From Octopus sinensis (Eukaryota), in contig NC_043011.1 in NCBI RefSeq assembly GCF_006345805.1, positions 6,758,001-6,822,000 of the forward strand: a stretch of DNA of 64,000 bases. The letters run 5' to 3'. Of this stretch, positions 15,481 to 27,900 are shown piece by piece; position 1 is the stretch's first letter; every line of letters begins with the position of its first letter. Under the pieces are notes generated by a model. That model made no database searches. It saw only the letters and a list, made by a program, of their open reading frames with translations, and was not told where the DNA came from. The position numbers and the translations under genes were made by a program.

Positions 15481-15520
<40 letters not shown>

Positions 15521-15926
15521 GGCGCAGGAGTGGCTGTGTGGTAAGTAGCATGCTAACCAACCACATGGTTCCAGGTTCAGTCCCACTGCGTGGCACCTTG
15601 GGCAAGTGTCTTCTGCTATAGCCCCGGGCCGACCAATGCCTTGTGAGTGGATTTGGTAGATGGAAACTGAAAGAAGCCTGTCGTATATATGTATATATAT
15701 ATATATATAAGAATGTGTGTATATGTTTGTGTGTCTGTGTTTGTCCCCCTAGCATTGCTTGACAACCGATGCTAGTGTGTTTACGTCCCCGTCACTTAGC
15801 AGTTCAGCAAAAGAGACCGATAGAATAAGTACTGGGCTTACAAAGAATAAGTGCCAGGGTCGATTTGCTCGACAAAAGGTGGTGCTCCAGCATGGCTGCA
15901 GTCAAATGACTGAAACAAGTAAAAGA

Positions 15927-15970
<44 letters not shown>

Positions 15971-18900
15971 AGGCGCAATGGCTCAGTGGTTAGGGCAGCG
16001 TACTCACAGTCGTAGGATCGCGGTTTCGATTTCCAGACCGGGCGTTGTGAGTGTTTATTGAGTGAAAACACCTAAAAAGCTCCACAAGGCTCCGGCAGGG
16101 GGTAGTGATCCCTGCCATACTCTTTCACCACTCTTTCTTCTGTTGGCCAGCGGGGTGGCATCATTCGAAGGCTAAAACAATGCGAATGCATTGTGACCAG
16201 CGATGGTCGGTCACGTGATCACGTGAGATATATATATATATATATATACACACAAATGCAGGTCAAATGTAAAAGATGGTCTCATAGTTTCTGACCACTG
16301 ATGACAACATACTCTAGGCTTGACCCCACACAAACCTTATGGTAAGAAGCTTGCTTCCCAACCACATGGCTCTGGGTTCAGTCCCACTGTGTGATACCTT
16401 GGGCAAGCGTTTTTCTACAATAGCCTCTGGTCAACCAAAACCTGAGTGGATTTGGTCGACAGAAACTGAAAGAAGCCCATCATATATGTGTGTGTGTGTG
16501 TGTGTGTGTAAGTATATACCTATGTGTATCTTCGTGTGTATGTCCCCCACCACTGCTTGACACCCGATGTTGGTGTTTGCATCCCAGTAACTTAGAGGTT
16601 CAGCAAAAGGAGAACAATAAAATAAGTAAAAAATAAGTCATGGCCACAGTCTAATGACTGAAGCAAGTGAAAACTAAAAGATGTGTGTGTGTGTGTGTGA
16701 GTGGGTGTATACACACAAAACGAGCTTCTTTTCAGTTTCCATCTCTCAAACCCACCTTACCAGGGTTTCGTTAGTCTAGAGGTGTAGGAGAAGGCTGTTG
16801 CCCAAAACAGCATGCAGAGGAATTGAACCCCAAACCAGGAAGTTGGGAAGCAAACTTCTTAATTTCAAAGGTGCTAAATTATTATAAACCACAAGATGAA
16901 TAATCCAGACCTGGAGCAGAGCTGTTCCGAAAGGTCCATGACTCTGATGGACCCAAACCATTTTACTCATGAAAACAGAGTGAAATATGTTATAGAAAAT
17001 AGTGAAAAAGTGTTAAAGAATTTAGCCAACAGTAAAGTTGTTGTTGTTGTGGTCCCCAGGTCGGTCTTAGCTGAGCAAATCTTTCATCAAAGATGTTGAT
17101 GTCCCAATCAGTCTTTGAGTAAGATTATAAAGTATTTAAGTTTTCATTCTCTGCCTTAGATATAGCTTGCTTCTCGTTTGAGAGAATAGGAAGTGATTTT
17201 AGGGAGATTCGGCTGTTATTGCTAGCAGATCAAGCAATCATAAGTGGCTTACTATTTGGTTGATTAATAGTAGAGTTGTTTCTCTTGTTTTTCCCACACC
17301 TGGTGTGTCCACCTGTCTGGAAACATGAGCCGTTTCATATGACCCCCTACATTACCAACTCCAGCAGCCTTCTATAATGGCTTTTTCCCCTGCTTCCTTC
17401 TCCAGCTGCACAGGAAAAGTTATGAGATAAAGATGCTGAAAAAGATGTTGTTGTTGTTGTTGTTGGTTGAGCGTGTTTGAGTAGATCTGTAGAATATTGG
17501 TAATTAGTGGGACGGCCGAGTACGATGAACAAATACATCTCTGTAGACATATTTTAGTCTTTATCAAATTAAGAAGCACTCTGTCTGGCCTCTCACATTC
17601 ATTAGATTTGGACTCGGGCAAGGCTCAAGAGTTCACTCTGCTCTATGTTGTCTCCATTTACTCACCAGTGACTCTTTACTGGGTGTATTTTATTGTGAGA
17701 CCAGCACAAAAAGGATTGCCTTGATTCTTGCAAAACTAAAATGGCTTCTCTTCTCTAGATTGTCTCCAATCATTCATGGCAAAGTGAGTGACATGGTGAT
17801 TAAAAGACAGAGTGAATTAGAGAGACAGGGTGAGGCAGGAGTAATGGAAGAGAGACTGTGAAAGGCAGCTACGTGATGGTTGATGGTAAGGAGATTGAAT
17901 AGGAAAACAGCATGAGCAGTGGAGATGAGAAATAGGAGGAGGAGATAAAGTGATGAAGAGGAAGGTAATGGAAGTGTGAGGGGGAGAGAGAGAGAGAGAA
18001 AATGATGGGGAGAGTAAATGACAGGAGTAATGTGTGAGAGAGAGAGAGAGAGAGAGAATGATAGATAGCAATAAAGGTTGGTGATGGTGAGAAAGACTGA
18101 TGCCAATAAGAAGTGATGATGGGGGAGCAATGGGAGAGAGTGAGGGAAAATGATGGTTTAGCAGTAAAGAAAGGTGATGGTAAGAGAGGTTGAATGTGAA
18201 TATATGTTGCCATTCCTAGTTACAGAGACAGCGTTCAACAAGAGAGGTGGGTAATGGGGGGGGGGGTAGAATAGAGATAGACTCATCCATCATTAATTAA
18301 AGTGTGGCTAAGAGATAGATGAAAGGTGGTAATGAAGAGAATGGAGGAGAGCAGTAGATGGAGACTTGCTTGTGTGTGTGTGTGTGCGTGTGTGTGTGTG
18401 TGTCTGTGTGTGTGTGTGTGTGTGTGTCTGTGTGTGTGTCTGTGTGTGTGTGTCTGTCTGTGTGTGTGTGTCTGTGTGTGTGTGTGTGTGTGTGTGTCTG
18501 TGTCTCTGTGTGTGTGTGTGTGCGTGCGTGTGTGTAAATCCTGTCACCATGTTCAAATGGGGTGGATTTTCTCCAATAGCAAATGTCACCATTTGTTTCA
18601 ATCCTTTGCCATCTCTTTTGCCAAGTCCACCCTCTCCAGATCACCTTTTACCACTTTGTTCCACATCTTCTTTAAGTCTCCTTCTTCCACTTCAAATGCT
18701 CAAAACTTCTTCATACAAGGGTCATCTTCCAAACACACCACACCACATGCCCATATCGGTGCGGGTCTTCCCTCTTTCCCAACACCTGATTTCTCTTACG
18801 TTCACCTTTCTCTCAGCTCATTTCTGCTCTGTTGCTTCTGCCTGTTAACATTAAAACACCCCAACATGCTTGCTTCATTTCTATCAGACCGTCATGATTT

Positions 18901-21900
18901 CACTGCATGCAAAACACCCTCACTGTGAAAGGCAGCTACATGATGGTTGATGGTAAGGAGATTGCATACAACAATCTCAAATTGATCCAACACATATTCA
19001 CATGATGACTAAGGTGAACTTAGACATTATATAGAAAATAGTGTTGTCATAGTTACAGTTAGGTGAACTAAGGTATTGAGTGTTGCATGATGTATGCTAT
19101 TTATGACTTACAACACACAGCCCAACCCAGTGTAGCTACCATTTCTAGCTGAGATGAGGCTGGTAATGCATGAAAGGGAGAGAGGTTCAATTTCAGAAAG
19201 AGAGAAAAAGTAAGAATATCAATGACATACCTTCGGAATTCAAAACTGAGGTAGGCTTTAGGGAGCAGGAACTTGTCATCTTGTTTGAACCATAACCGTG
19301 ACATTGTTGAATCCTGAAAGAGGGAGAGAAAGAGAGAGTGAAGGAAGAGGACAAGAGGAGGAGGAGAAAAAAAAATGAAGAGGAGAAGTGGAGGAGATAG
19401 ATTTCTGTTAATTGTTAGTTGACAGGTGGAGGTTGTTTACCTTTACCAACAAGAAGATAAAACGTGTTATTTGGCCACACTAACAACAAGGTGTACAGGT
19501 ATTGAATATTTTACTTCACGATTTTCCTCCTCACTATTTTAGCAAGAAATTTGTGATTTGCTGAAAGAAAGTCCAATGAATCCCCAAAAAAAACAAAACC
19601 GGTTGCCCAGAGCCGTCTTTCTTATATGACACTATTATGTCAAAATGTGAAAACAAAAAAAAAAATATATTCAATGACAAATAGTCTTCTTTTTTTTTTG
19701 TTGCCTTCACTACATAGGTTATTTCTAATTTGCTGAATCTCTGTTCATTAAATAAATAATTCAACATTAACTTTTGTACCATATTTGATGGATTATAAGG
19801 GGCAATTCCCCACCCCTCCATGATAAATGTCTCAAAAGAAAATCTCCCAGATTCCTCTTTGCAAAGTTGATTTAACAGCAAAACCATCTTTCTTAACTAA
19901 GCCCTGCTGAAAGTGACGTGCACCTAAGGAGCATCCAATGAGCCCTTGCATCTTTCTGTGCATTCCTTTTGCCATCATGTGCCAGTGGCACGTAAAAAGC
20001 ACCCACTACACTCATGGAGTGGTTGGTGTTAGGAAGGGCATCCAGCTGTAGAAATACTACCAGATCAAGTTTGGAGCCTGGTGTAGCCGTCTGGTTCGCC
20101 AGCCCTCAGTCAAATCATCCAACCCATGCTAGCATGGAAAGCGGACGTTAATCAATGATGATGATCATCATATACAGTGCATGTATTCTCATCATTGGTT
20201 AAGTTAGTATTAACATATTTAATGCAGGGAACAGTAATTAATTAATTAATTAACCTTTAAAGCATTCAGATTACTTCTCCCTTGAACGTAATCCTTAATA
20301 ATTCACATTGGTTTTCAATTAGTCATGCATTACCTTGTAGCTTTGAAATTTCAATGATGTAGTTGTTCATTTTTAGAATGACATTGTAGGTTAGGTGTGA
20401 GAGGCTGGATCTGACCAATTTGACCATAAAATAGGGAGAATGCGTGGGCTGGGTGCAGATGGTTTAAATGCTAAACGGTTAAATAAACAAACATATAAGC
20501 AAAAGCTTATCACTTCTGTCTTCTCACCATCTTGAAGTAAAAACTTAAGGGAACTGATCAGACCCGTATGTACCCCTCATGCTCAATTTGTGCTCTTCAC
20601 AGGTCACTCAGTGGTACAAACATCCCTCATTTTCACTTTCACTATTTACCCACCTCTTTTTTCTCTTCTCTTACCCACAAGGGGCTACACACACACAAAG
20701 GACAAACAAGGACAGACACACAGATTAAGTCGATTACATCGATCCCAGGGTGTAACTGGTACTTAATTTATCGACCCCCGAAAGGATGAAAGGCAAAGTC
20801 AACCTCGGCGGAATTTGAACCCAGAACGTAGTATCAGACGAAATACGGCTACGCATTTCGCCCAGCGTGCTAACGTTTCTGCCAGCTCGCCGCCTTTTTA
20901 TTTACCCACCTCTTGCTATCCCTCATCCACTCACCTTTGTCCACTTTTGTGCTGGAGTCATACAAAGATACACCCAATACACTTCTGTGAAGTGGTTAGG
21001 GTTAGGAAGGGCTTCCAACAGTAAAAACTGAGCCAAAAGTGAAACGTACGAGCAAAATGTGATTTTCCAACCTGTCTAGGAGTAGAAGTGACTTGTCCAA
21101 CCCATGCCAGCATGGAAAGTGGACAAAAAGATAATGATGATGGTGTGTAATATTTATCTTAACACTTTCTCCAAGCAAGCATGGGAGATAACTTCAGGTA
21201 AGCTTTGGCTTTATTCTGAACTCATCAGTCAAATATATAATCTTCGCCTTATTTGCCAAAGGAATGATGAGAGAAAACCAATGTCTAAATGCACCAGAGT
21301 GTACAGAGGTTGGCGGAGGAAAATATAGAATTCTTTATAGAATTAATAGCTCACAGACGCTGCCACAATGAAAAGAGTTCAGTTAATATTAACACATTAA
21401 ATATGTCCATACTAACTTAACTATTGCTTTTCATGAGGATGGTGCCCCTGAATTATTCTACCTGATAACTTCTTTATAATCATGTTATTATACAATAATT
21501 ATCCTTTCTGTTAAAGGTACAGGGCTTGAGATTTTGAGGAAAGGGGTTAGCTGATTACACTGATCCCAGTGCTCAACTGGTACTTATTTCACTGCCCCAT
21601 AAGGATAAAAGGCAAAGTTCTCCTTGGCAGAATTTGAACCCAGAACATAAACACAGACGAAATGCTGCCTATCATTTTGCCTGGCATGCTAACGATTCTG
21701 CCAGCTTACGGTCTGCTGCTAAACAATAACAAAAAGGGGGCTGAAAACGACCAAAGAATTACTGACCTTTATAATTTCTGGCAAAGGAGATGACTGAAAA
21801 ACAAAAATAAAAGTTTAAAAACCAATAAAAAAAATTTCAAATAAAAAAAATCAAAATATAATCAAAATAGGCACAGGAGTGGCTGTGTGGTAAGTAGCTT

Positions 21901-24900
21901 GCTTACCAACCACATGGTTCCAGGTTCAGTCCCACTGTGTGGCATCTTGGGCAAGTGTCTTCTGCTATAGCCTCGGGCCGACCAAAGCCTTGTGAGTGGA
22001 TTTGGTAGACGGAAACTGAAAGAAGCCTATCGTATATATGTATATATGTGTATATGTATGTGTGTGTATATGTTTGTGTGTCTGTGTTTGTCCCCCTAGC
22101 ATTGCTTGACAACCGATGCTGGTGTGTTTAGGTCCCTGTCACTTAGCGGTTCGACAAAAGAGACCGATAGAATAAGCACTGGGCTTACAAAGAATAAGTC
22201 CCGGGGTCGATTTGCTCGACTAAAGGCAGTGCTCCAGCATGGCCGCAGTCAAATGACTGAAACTAGTAGAAGAGTAATAGTATACACTCAATACAGTGAA
22301 TAAAAAGATACTCAGAGTATTGGTATGCTCGAATATTTAATATAACTGAGAGATACTTGTAAACCTCTTGTACTCATATACTGAGTACATCTACACATGA
22401 TGGAGTGCTGCTATACTCTTGTACTTACCCCCTGCCCTGACTGGCTCCTGTGCTGGTGGCACGTAAAAAGCACCCACTACACTGTCGGACTGGTTGGCAT
22501 TAGGAAGGGCATCCAGCTGCAGCAACCTTGCCAGATCAGACTGGAGCCTGTCACAGCCTCCTGGTTTTGCCAGTCCTCAGTCAAACCGACCAACCCATAC
22601 CAGCATGGAAAACGGATGTTAAACGATGATGATGATTTACTCATGAAGCTGTAATATTCATATACTCAGGTGCAGGAGTGGCTGTGTGGTAAGTAGCTTG
22701 CTAACCAGCCACATGGTTCCGGGTTCAGTCCCACTGCGTGGCATCTTGGGCAAGTGTCTTCTACTATAGCCCCGGGCCGACCAAAGCCTTGTGAGTGGAT
22801 TTGGTAGACGGAAACTGAAAGAAGCCTGTCGTATATATGTTATATATATATATATGTGTTTGTGTGTCTGTGTTTGTCCCCCTAGCATTGTTTGGCAACC
22901 GATGCTGGTGTGTTTACGTCCCCGTCACTTAGCGGTTCGGCAAAAGAGACCGATAGAATAAGTACTGCGCTTACAAAGAATAAGTCCTGGGGTCGATTTG
23001 CTCGATTAAAGGCGGTGCTCCAGTATGGCCGCAGTCAACTGACTGAAACAAGTAAAAGAGTAAAAGAGTAGAGAGAGTATATATAACAGAAAGATACTCA
23101 CAGAGCAGTTATACTCTAAATATTTAACAGAGTTACTCTTTGGAGTGATACTCACAGAGCTGTTATGTTCATGTACACATCTTACAGGAGTGATCCTCAT
23201 GTACTCCTGTACTCAATATAGCAGAAAACACTTTTAGATCCATTGTACTCATGCACTCAGTGCAACAAATAGATACTCATAGAGCGGTTAAACTCATGTA
23301 CTCAATACTTCTTATTCATGTGCTCAATATATGGTCTCTCAAGCTGCTCCACTCAAGTACTCAGCCCGGCCCCACTCATCAGACTGAGAGTCACTCAAAG
23401 AGTTCCGTCTTATAAAAACAATGTCTTGAAAGCAACTTCATAAAAGACTTACATCTTTCTCTCTTTTAAAGATTTCAAAATTGGTTGGAATAAATTCATT
23501 AGGGATTGGAAGTTGAAGGTTTTCATGCGTTTCACAGTTTCTCCATGTCTGTAATGTAGAAAATGGTAAAAATTGATGCCAGACAAAGTTTAGAAATCAC
23601 ACTTAATGAGGGGACGAAAAAAAAAAAAGAACAAAAACGAACAATTTGTAGAGACTGTTTGTTTTGTTTATTCAGTGACCATGTGGTAAGAAGCTTGCTT
23701 CCCAACCAAATGGTTCCAGGTTCAGTCCCACTGCATGGCAACTTGGGCAGGTTTCTTCTGCTATAGTCTTGGGATGACCAAAACCTTGTCAGTGGATTTG
23801 GCAGAAGGAAAATGAAAGAAGCCCATCACCATCGTGTGTGCATGTGTGTGTGTGTTGTGTGTGTGTGTGTCTGTCCTCCACAACCACTTGACACCAGTTA
23901 TTGATTTGCTTACATCCCTGTAACTTAGCGGTTCAGCAAAAGAAACTAATAGAATAAGTACCAGGCTTGATAAAAATAAAAGCACTGGGGTCAGTTGTGT
24001 TGACTGAAAATTCCTCAAGGTGGTGCTCCAGTATGGCCGCAGTCTAATGACTGAAACAAGATGAAAGATAAAAGGTCCTTGTGTGTGTGTTTAATTCACA
24101 ACTAAATACTAACCTCCAAGACAGATTCTTCAATTTTTTCAACTTTATAGTCAGTGCCATAGTAATGTTCCTTCTGATCAGTTTTGCCATCAAATGATTT
24201 GGCAATGACAAAGATTCTTCAAAAAGAAACAGAGTTTGGAAATTAATGTCGGAAGAACGGCAGCAAAGAAAGAACGACAAAATCGGAACAGTAATAAAAA
24301 ACATATTAAATAAAAAAAAAAGAAAGAATTCTTTGATGTTCTTTAAGAAGAACCGCCACCGCCATCACCACCACCTCCACTACCACCACCATCACCACCA
24401 CCACCACCGTCACCACCACCACCACTGCCACCACTGCCACCACCACCACCACCAGTGCCACCACTAACACCACCACCACCACTGCCACCACCACCACTGA
24501 CACCACCACCACCACCACCACTGACACCACCTCCGCTATCATCCCCCCACCCCATCACTTCTACAACCACCAATGCCGCTGTCACTGCCATCACCACCAC
24601 CACCTGGTGGCAATGACCTGTAATAATTTTGAACCTTAAGTCATTTAGGGTTACCACTATTAGTTTAGTCAACTTCCAATATGTGTCTGGCTGTTTAATG
24701 TATGAACCAATGAACTGTGGATGGCAATGTCCACCTTGGTATAATTTGAAAGCAGAGTGCACAAGCACGAAACTCGATGCTTCCAGTCGCTTATTCGGGG
24801 CCACTCAGCTGTTTCTATCCTAACAACAATCCTTTATATCATAGGCAAAAGGCCTGAAATTCTGGGGGGAGGAGACTTGGCAATTACATCAACCCCAGTA

Positions 24901-27900
24901 ATACTACTACTACTACTAATAATAATAATAATAATAATAATTAATTCTTTTATTGGCCACAAGGGCTGACAAAAATGAATTATAACAAAAAAAGGGACAA
25001 AACAGGACGAAAGGTTACAAAGGGTTTTGTAATAATAATAATAATAATAATTTCTGATTTAGGCACAATTTTGAGGTAGAGGGAACACAAGTCGATTACA
25101 TTGACCCCTGTACTTGACTGGTACTTTATCAATCCCCAAAGGTGTGAAAAGCAAAAATGACCTCAACAGGATTTGAACTCAGAATGTGAAGAGTCAAAAG
25201 AAATACTGCAAAGCATTTTTATCAACGTTTTGCTGATTCTGTCAACTTGTCTATTTGTCGGGTGGAGGGTGTTAGTTGACTGAAACAACCCTAGTACATG
25301 ACTGGTACTTTGTTGACTTCAAGATGGATGAAAAGCCAAATTAACCTCAGCAGAATTTGAACTGAGAACATTGAGAGTCGGAAGAAATGTTGTAAGGTAT
25401 TTTGTCTGAATCGATTCTGAGCAAACTGCAGCCTGCAAAACTTTCTGAAGCAGACACTAAGGAAAGACAATTGCTTTGAGTTCTTCGGGTGGTGTGGCCC
25501 AGCTGACGAAGTGCCATGCCCCATGCGGCCTAAATCTTGCAAAAGAGCTGCCCATGCACTCAGACAATTGTTCCAATCCAAGGACGAGGTTGTAAACACT
25601 GAAAAGTTTACACTGAAGCTGCATAAAACTGAAGAGCAAATACTGGTATATATGTACTGTATTTAGGTCTGGTGATGTCCCAAAAGGAGGAGCATTACCT
25701 GGGGGCCAATCTAGGAACCCTACAGATCAAAGATTATGCTGACTAACAAGAATGAGCAAATAATCACAACTCACCTGACGGTCTCAGGAATAAGCAGAGC
25801 CAGAATCTCGTTTATCAAGTCTGGACGATACTCACGCCAGATATCCTCACCACACAAAACATCAGTCATTTCAAAAGTCTACGGGAAGAAATAACGGACA
25901 AAAGATTAAAGTATTATTAAAATACATTAGCCGTTTCATAGAAATAATTGACTAAAGATTAAAGTATTATTAAAGTATAAGAGATTATTAAAGATTAAAG
26001 TATTATGAAAATGTGCTTCACTTTGAGTGAAAGTGTGCACAGCTTACCTGGAGATTGTCTGTCAAATGTACCACGTAATTACGAGGATTTTCTTTGTCTT
26101 TAAAGCGGAATGTCATGTTGCTGAGACTCTGTAACACAAAAATAAACATTTTAAATTATAGATACGGATATCTACAAGTTATTCAATCTAGCATAGAACA
26201 AGGCAACCCTTGTGGGGCTGGTGCTATCAAATTCTGTAAATTCTGTAAAGCGCTTCGTATTAGGAAGGGCAACCAGCTGTAGAAATCATAGAGGAAATGG
26301 AACACGGGAGCAAGATGAGGTCCTCCAACCTTGCTGCAACTCTCAATAAAAAATGATGCAGTCTGTGATGACCCATCCAACCCATGCCAGCATGGAAAAG
26401 CAAACAAAGAAAAAAACATGATCATCACACACACACACACATACACAGGTGCTAAATACAAGTGCTGGGCAAGGCAGTGTGGTTCACTTACTAACTGCAC
26501 TTTCAGGTTCAGTCCCACTGCATGGCATTTTGGGTGTCTTCTACTGTAGCTCTGGCCTGGCCAAAGTCTTGCAAATGGATTTTGGTAAACGGAATCTGAA
26601 AGAAGCCCATCATGTGATGTACGTATGTGTGTATGATAATTGTAAATGAGTGTCACCTTCATACAAGTAGTGTCCTTTGTTTCCAATTTCCCATGGAACA
26701 TGTCTCGCCGTGAGGGAAAATAACCTTCCTTGTGAAAGGTAAGCGTTAGTGACAGGAAGGACATCCAGCCACTGAGAAGAGGCCTCAATGAATTCCGTCT
26801 GACCCATGCAAGCATAGAAAATTGGACGTTAAAATGATGACGATGACAGTAACACACACATATTTAATACAATATAGTAGCACACGGAGGTTTATATTCA
26901 TTTTCCCTTGATTACATGATTAAATTTTCCTATTTCCATCCTATTAAAACAAGAAGGTGTCATGGAGACAAACTCAGACAGAGTTACATGCCTTGTCTGG
27001 AACCCCAAGAAGGCAACTCCACTTACTAGAAATAATAGTCAAGCACTATCAGACAGTCTTAAAAAATGCAGAACACGTTGGATGACTCAACCTACTCCTC
27101 ATCATCACCATTCATTCTTGGTTTGGACAAATCTGACTCCGTCTCGGCCCTTGTCATGGTCCCTAATCATTTGGCACTCACAGCAGAGAATAAAGGGATT
27201 ACTTTGTTATATCTGCATGCTTTTAAGACTGGGTCCCCTGCTGCCATCACCAAACCCCTTTACTCTACAAACTGGGGGCTTGTTACTTGAAATGTCTGCA
27301 AAGTTGTTGATATAAGACAGAAAGTGGTTAGGACAGACAGCAATTTGGGGTTAGCAGGGTCCCTATTCTTAAAATGAAAGTACAACAACCCTTATCAATG
27401 TGACCTTGAAAGCTGAAATGACCTGAAACCAACCTGAAATTCTTTAAATATCCACTCCTGGGGCCCTTCTTTGCGCAACATGTTCAGATACTGGAAGGTC
27501 AATGTGACGATGTCGTTGACATGATCTGAAAGACAAAGTAAGGGTGATCAAAATTCGAGCAAAGATCCAGAATAAAAGTCCCAGGTGCCTTAGGGTGATT
27601 TGTGTCAACAAAGATTATTTAAGCCTTTCACTGGAGAGAGGAAACTGTTTTTAGAAACTTTCTATGCCAAACAGTTTGGTTTGAAATATTTAGTGGATTC
27701 TTGTCTTCTTGAGGCATATTAAAGCTTATCAGAATTTACCAATTCTGTTTTGCAAATACAACACATTAGCATGGCTGCATCCCAACCACTGATACCAGTA
27801 AAATAATAATTGGTATAAAAGATGGGCTACAGCAAATATTCTGCTCAATACCAGAGATTTGTTTGTCAGTTGTTTGACCATAACCAGTTGAGTATGTCCC

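Noticed and set aside
16925-16960. GGTCCAT/ATGGACC hairpin between CCGAAA and CAAAC
   Set aside because: Resembles a decayed hammerhead, but both core strands deviate and stems I and III are missing.
11759-19230. Mutually exclusive duplicate of exon 18 (like vertebrate IDE 15a/15b)
   Set aside because: No second 145-nt homologous exon was seen in either flanking intron by eye; a TBLASTN would settle it.
24306-24804. Gly-rich, His-rich and Val-rich ORFs
   Set aside because: Translations of a (CCA)n microsatellite within an intron.
25504-25540. CTGACGA box
   Set aside because: No properly placed GAAA or stem III.
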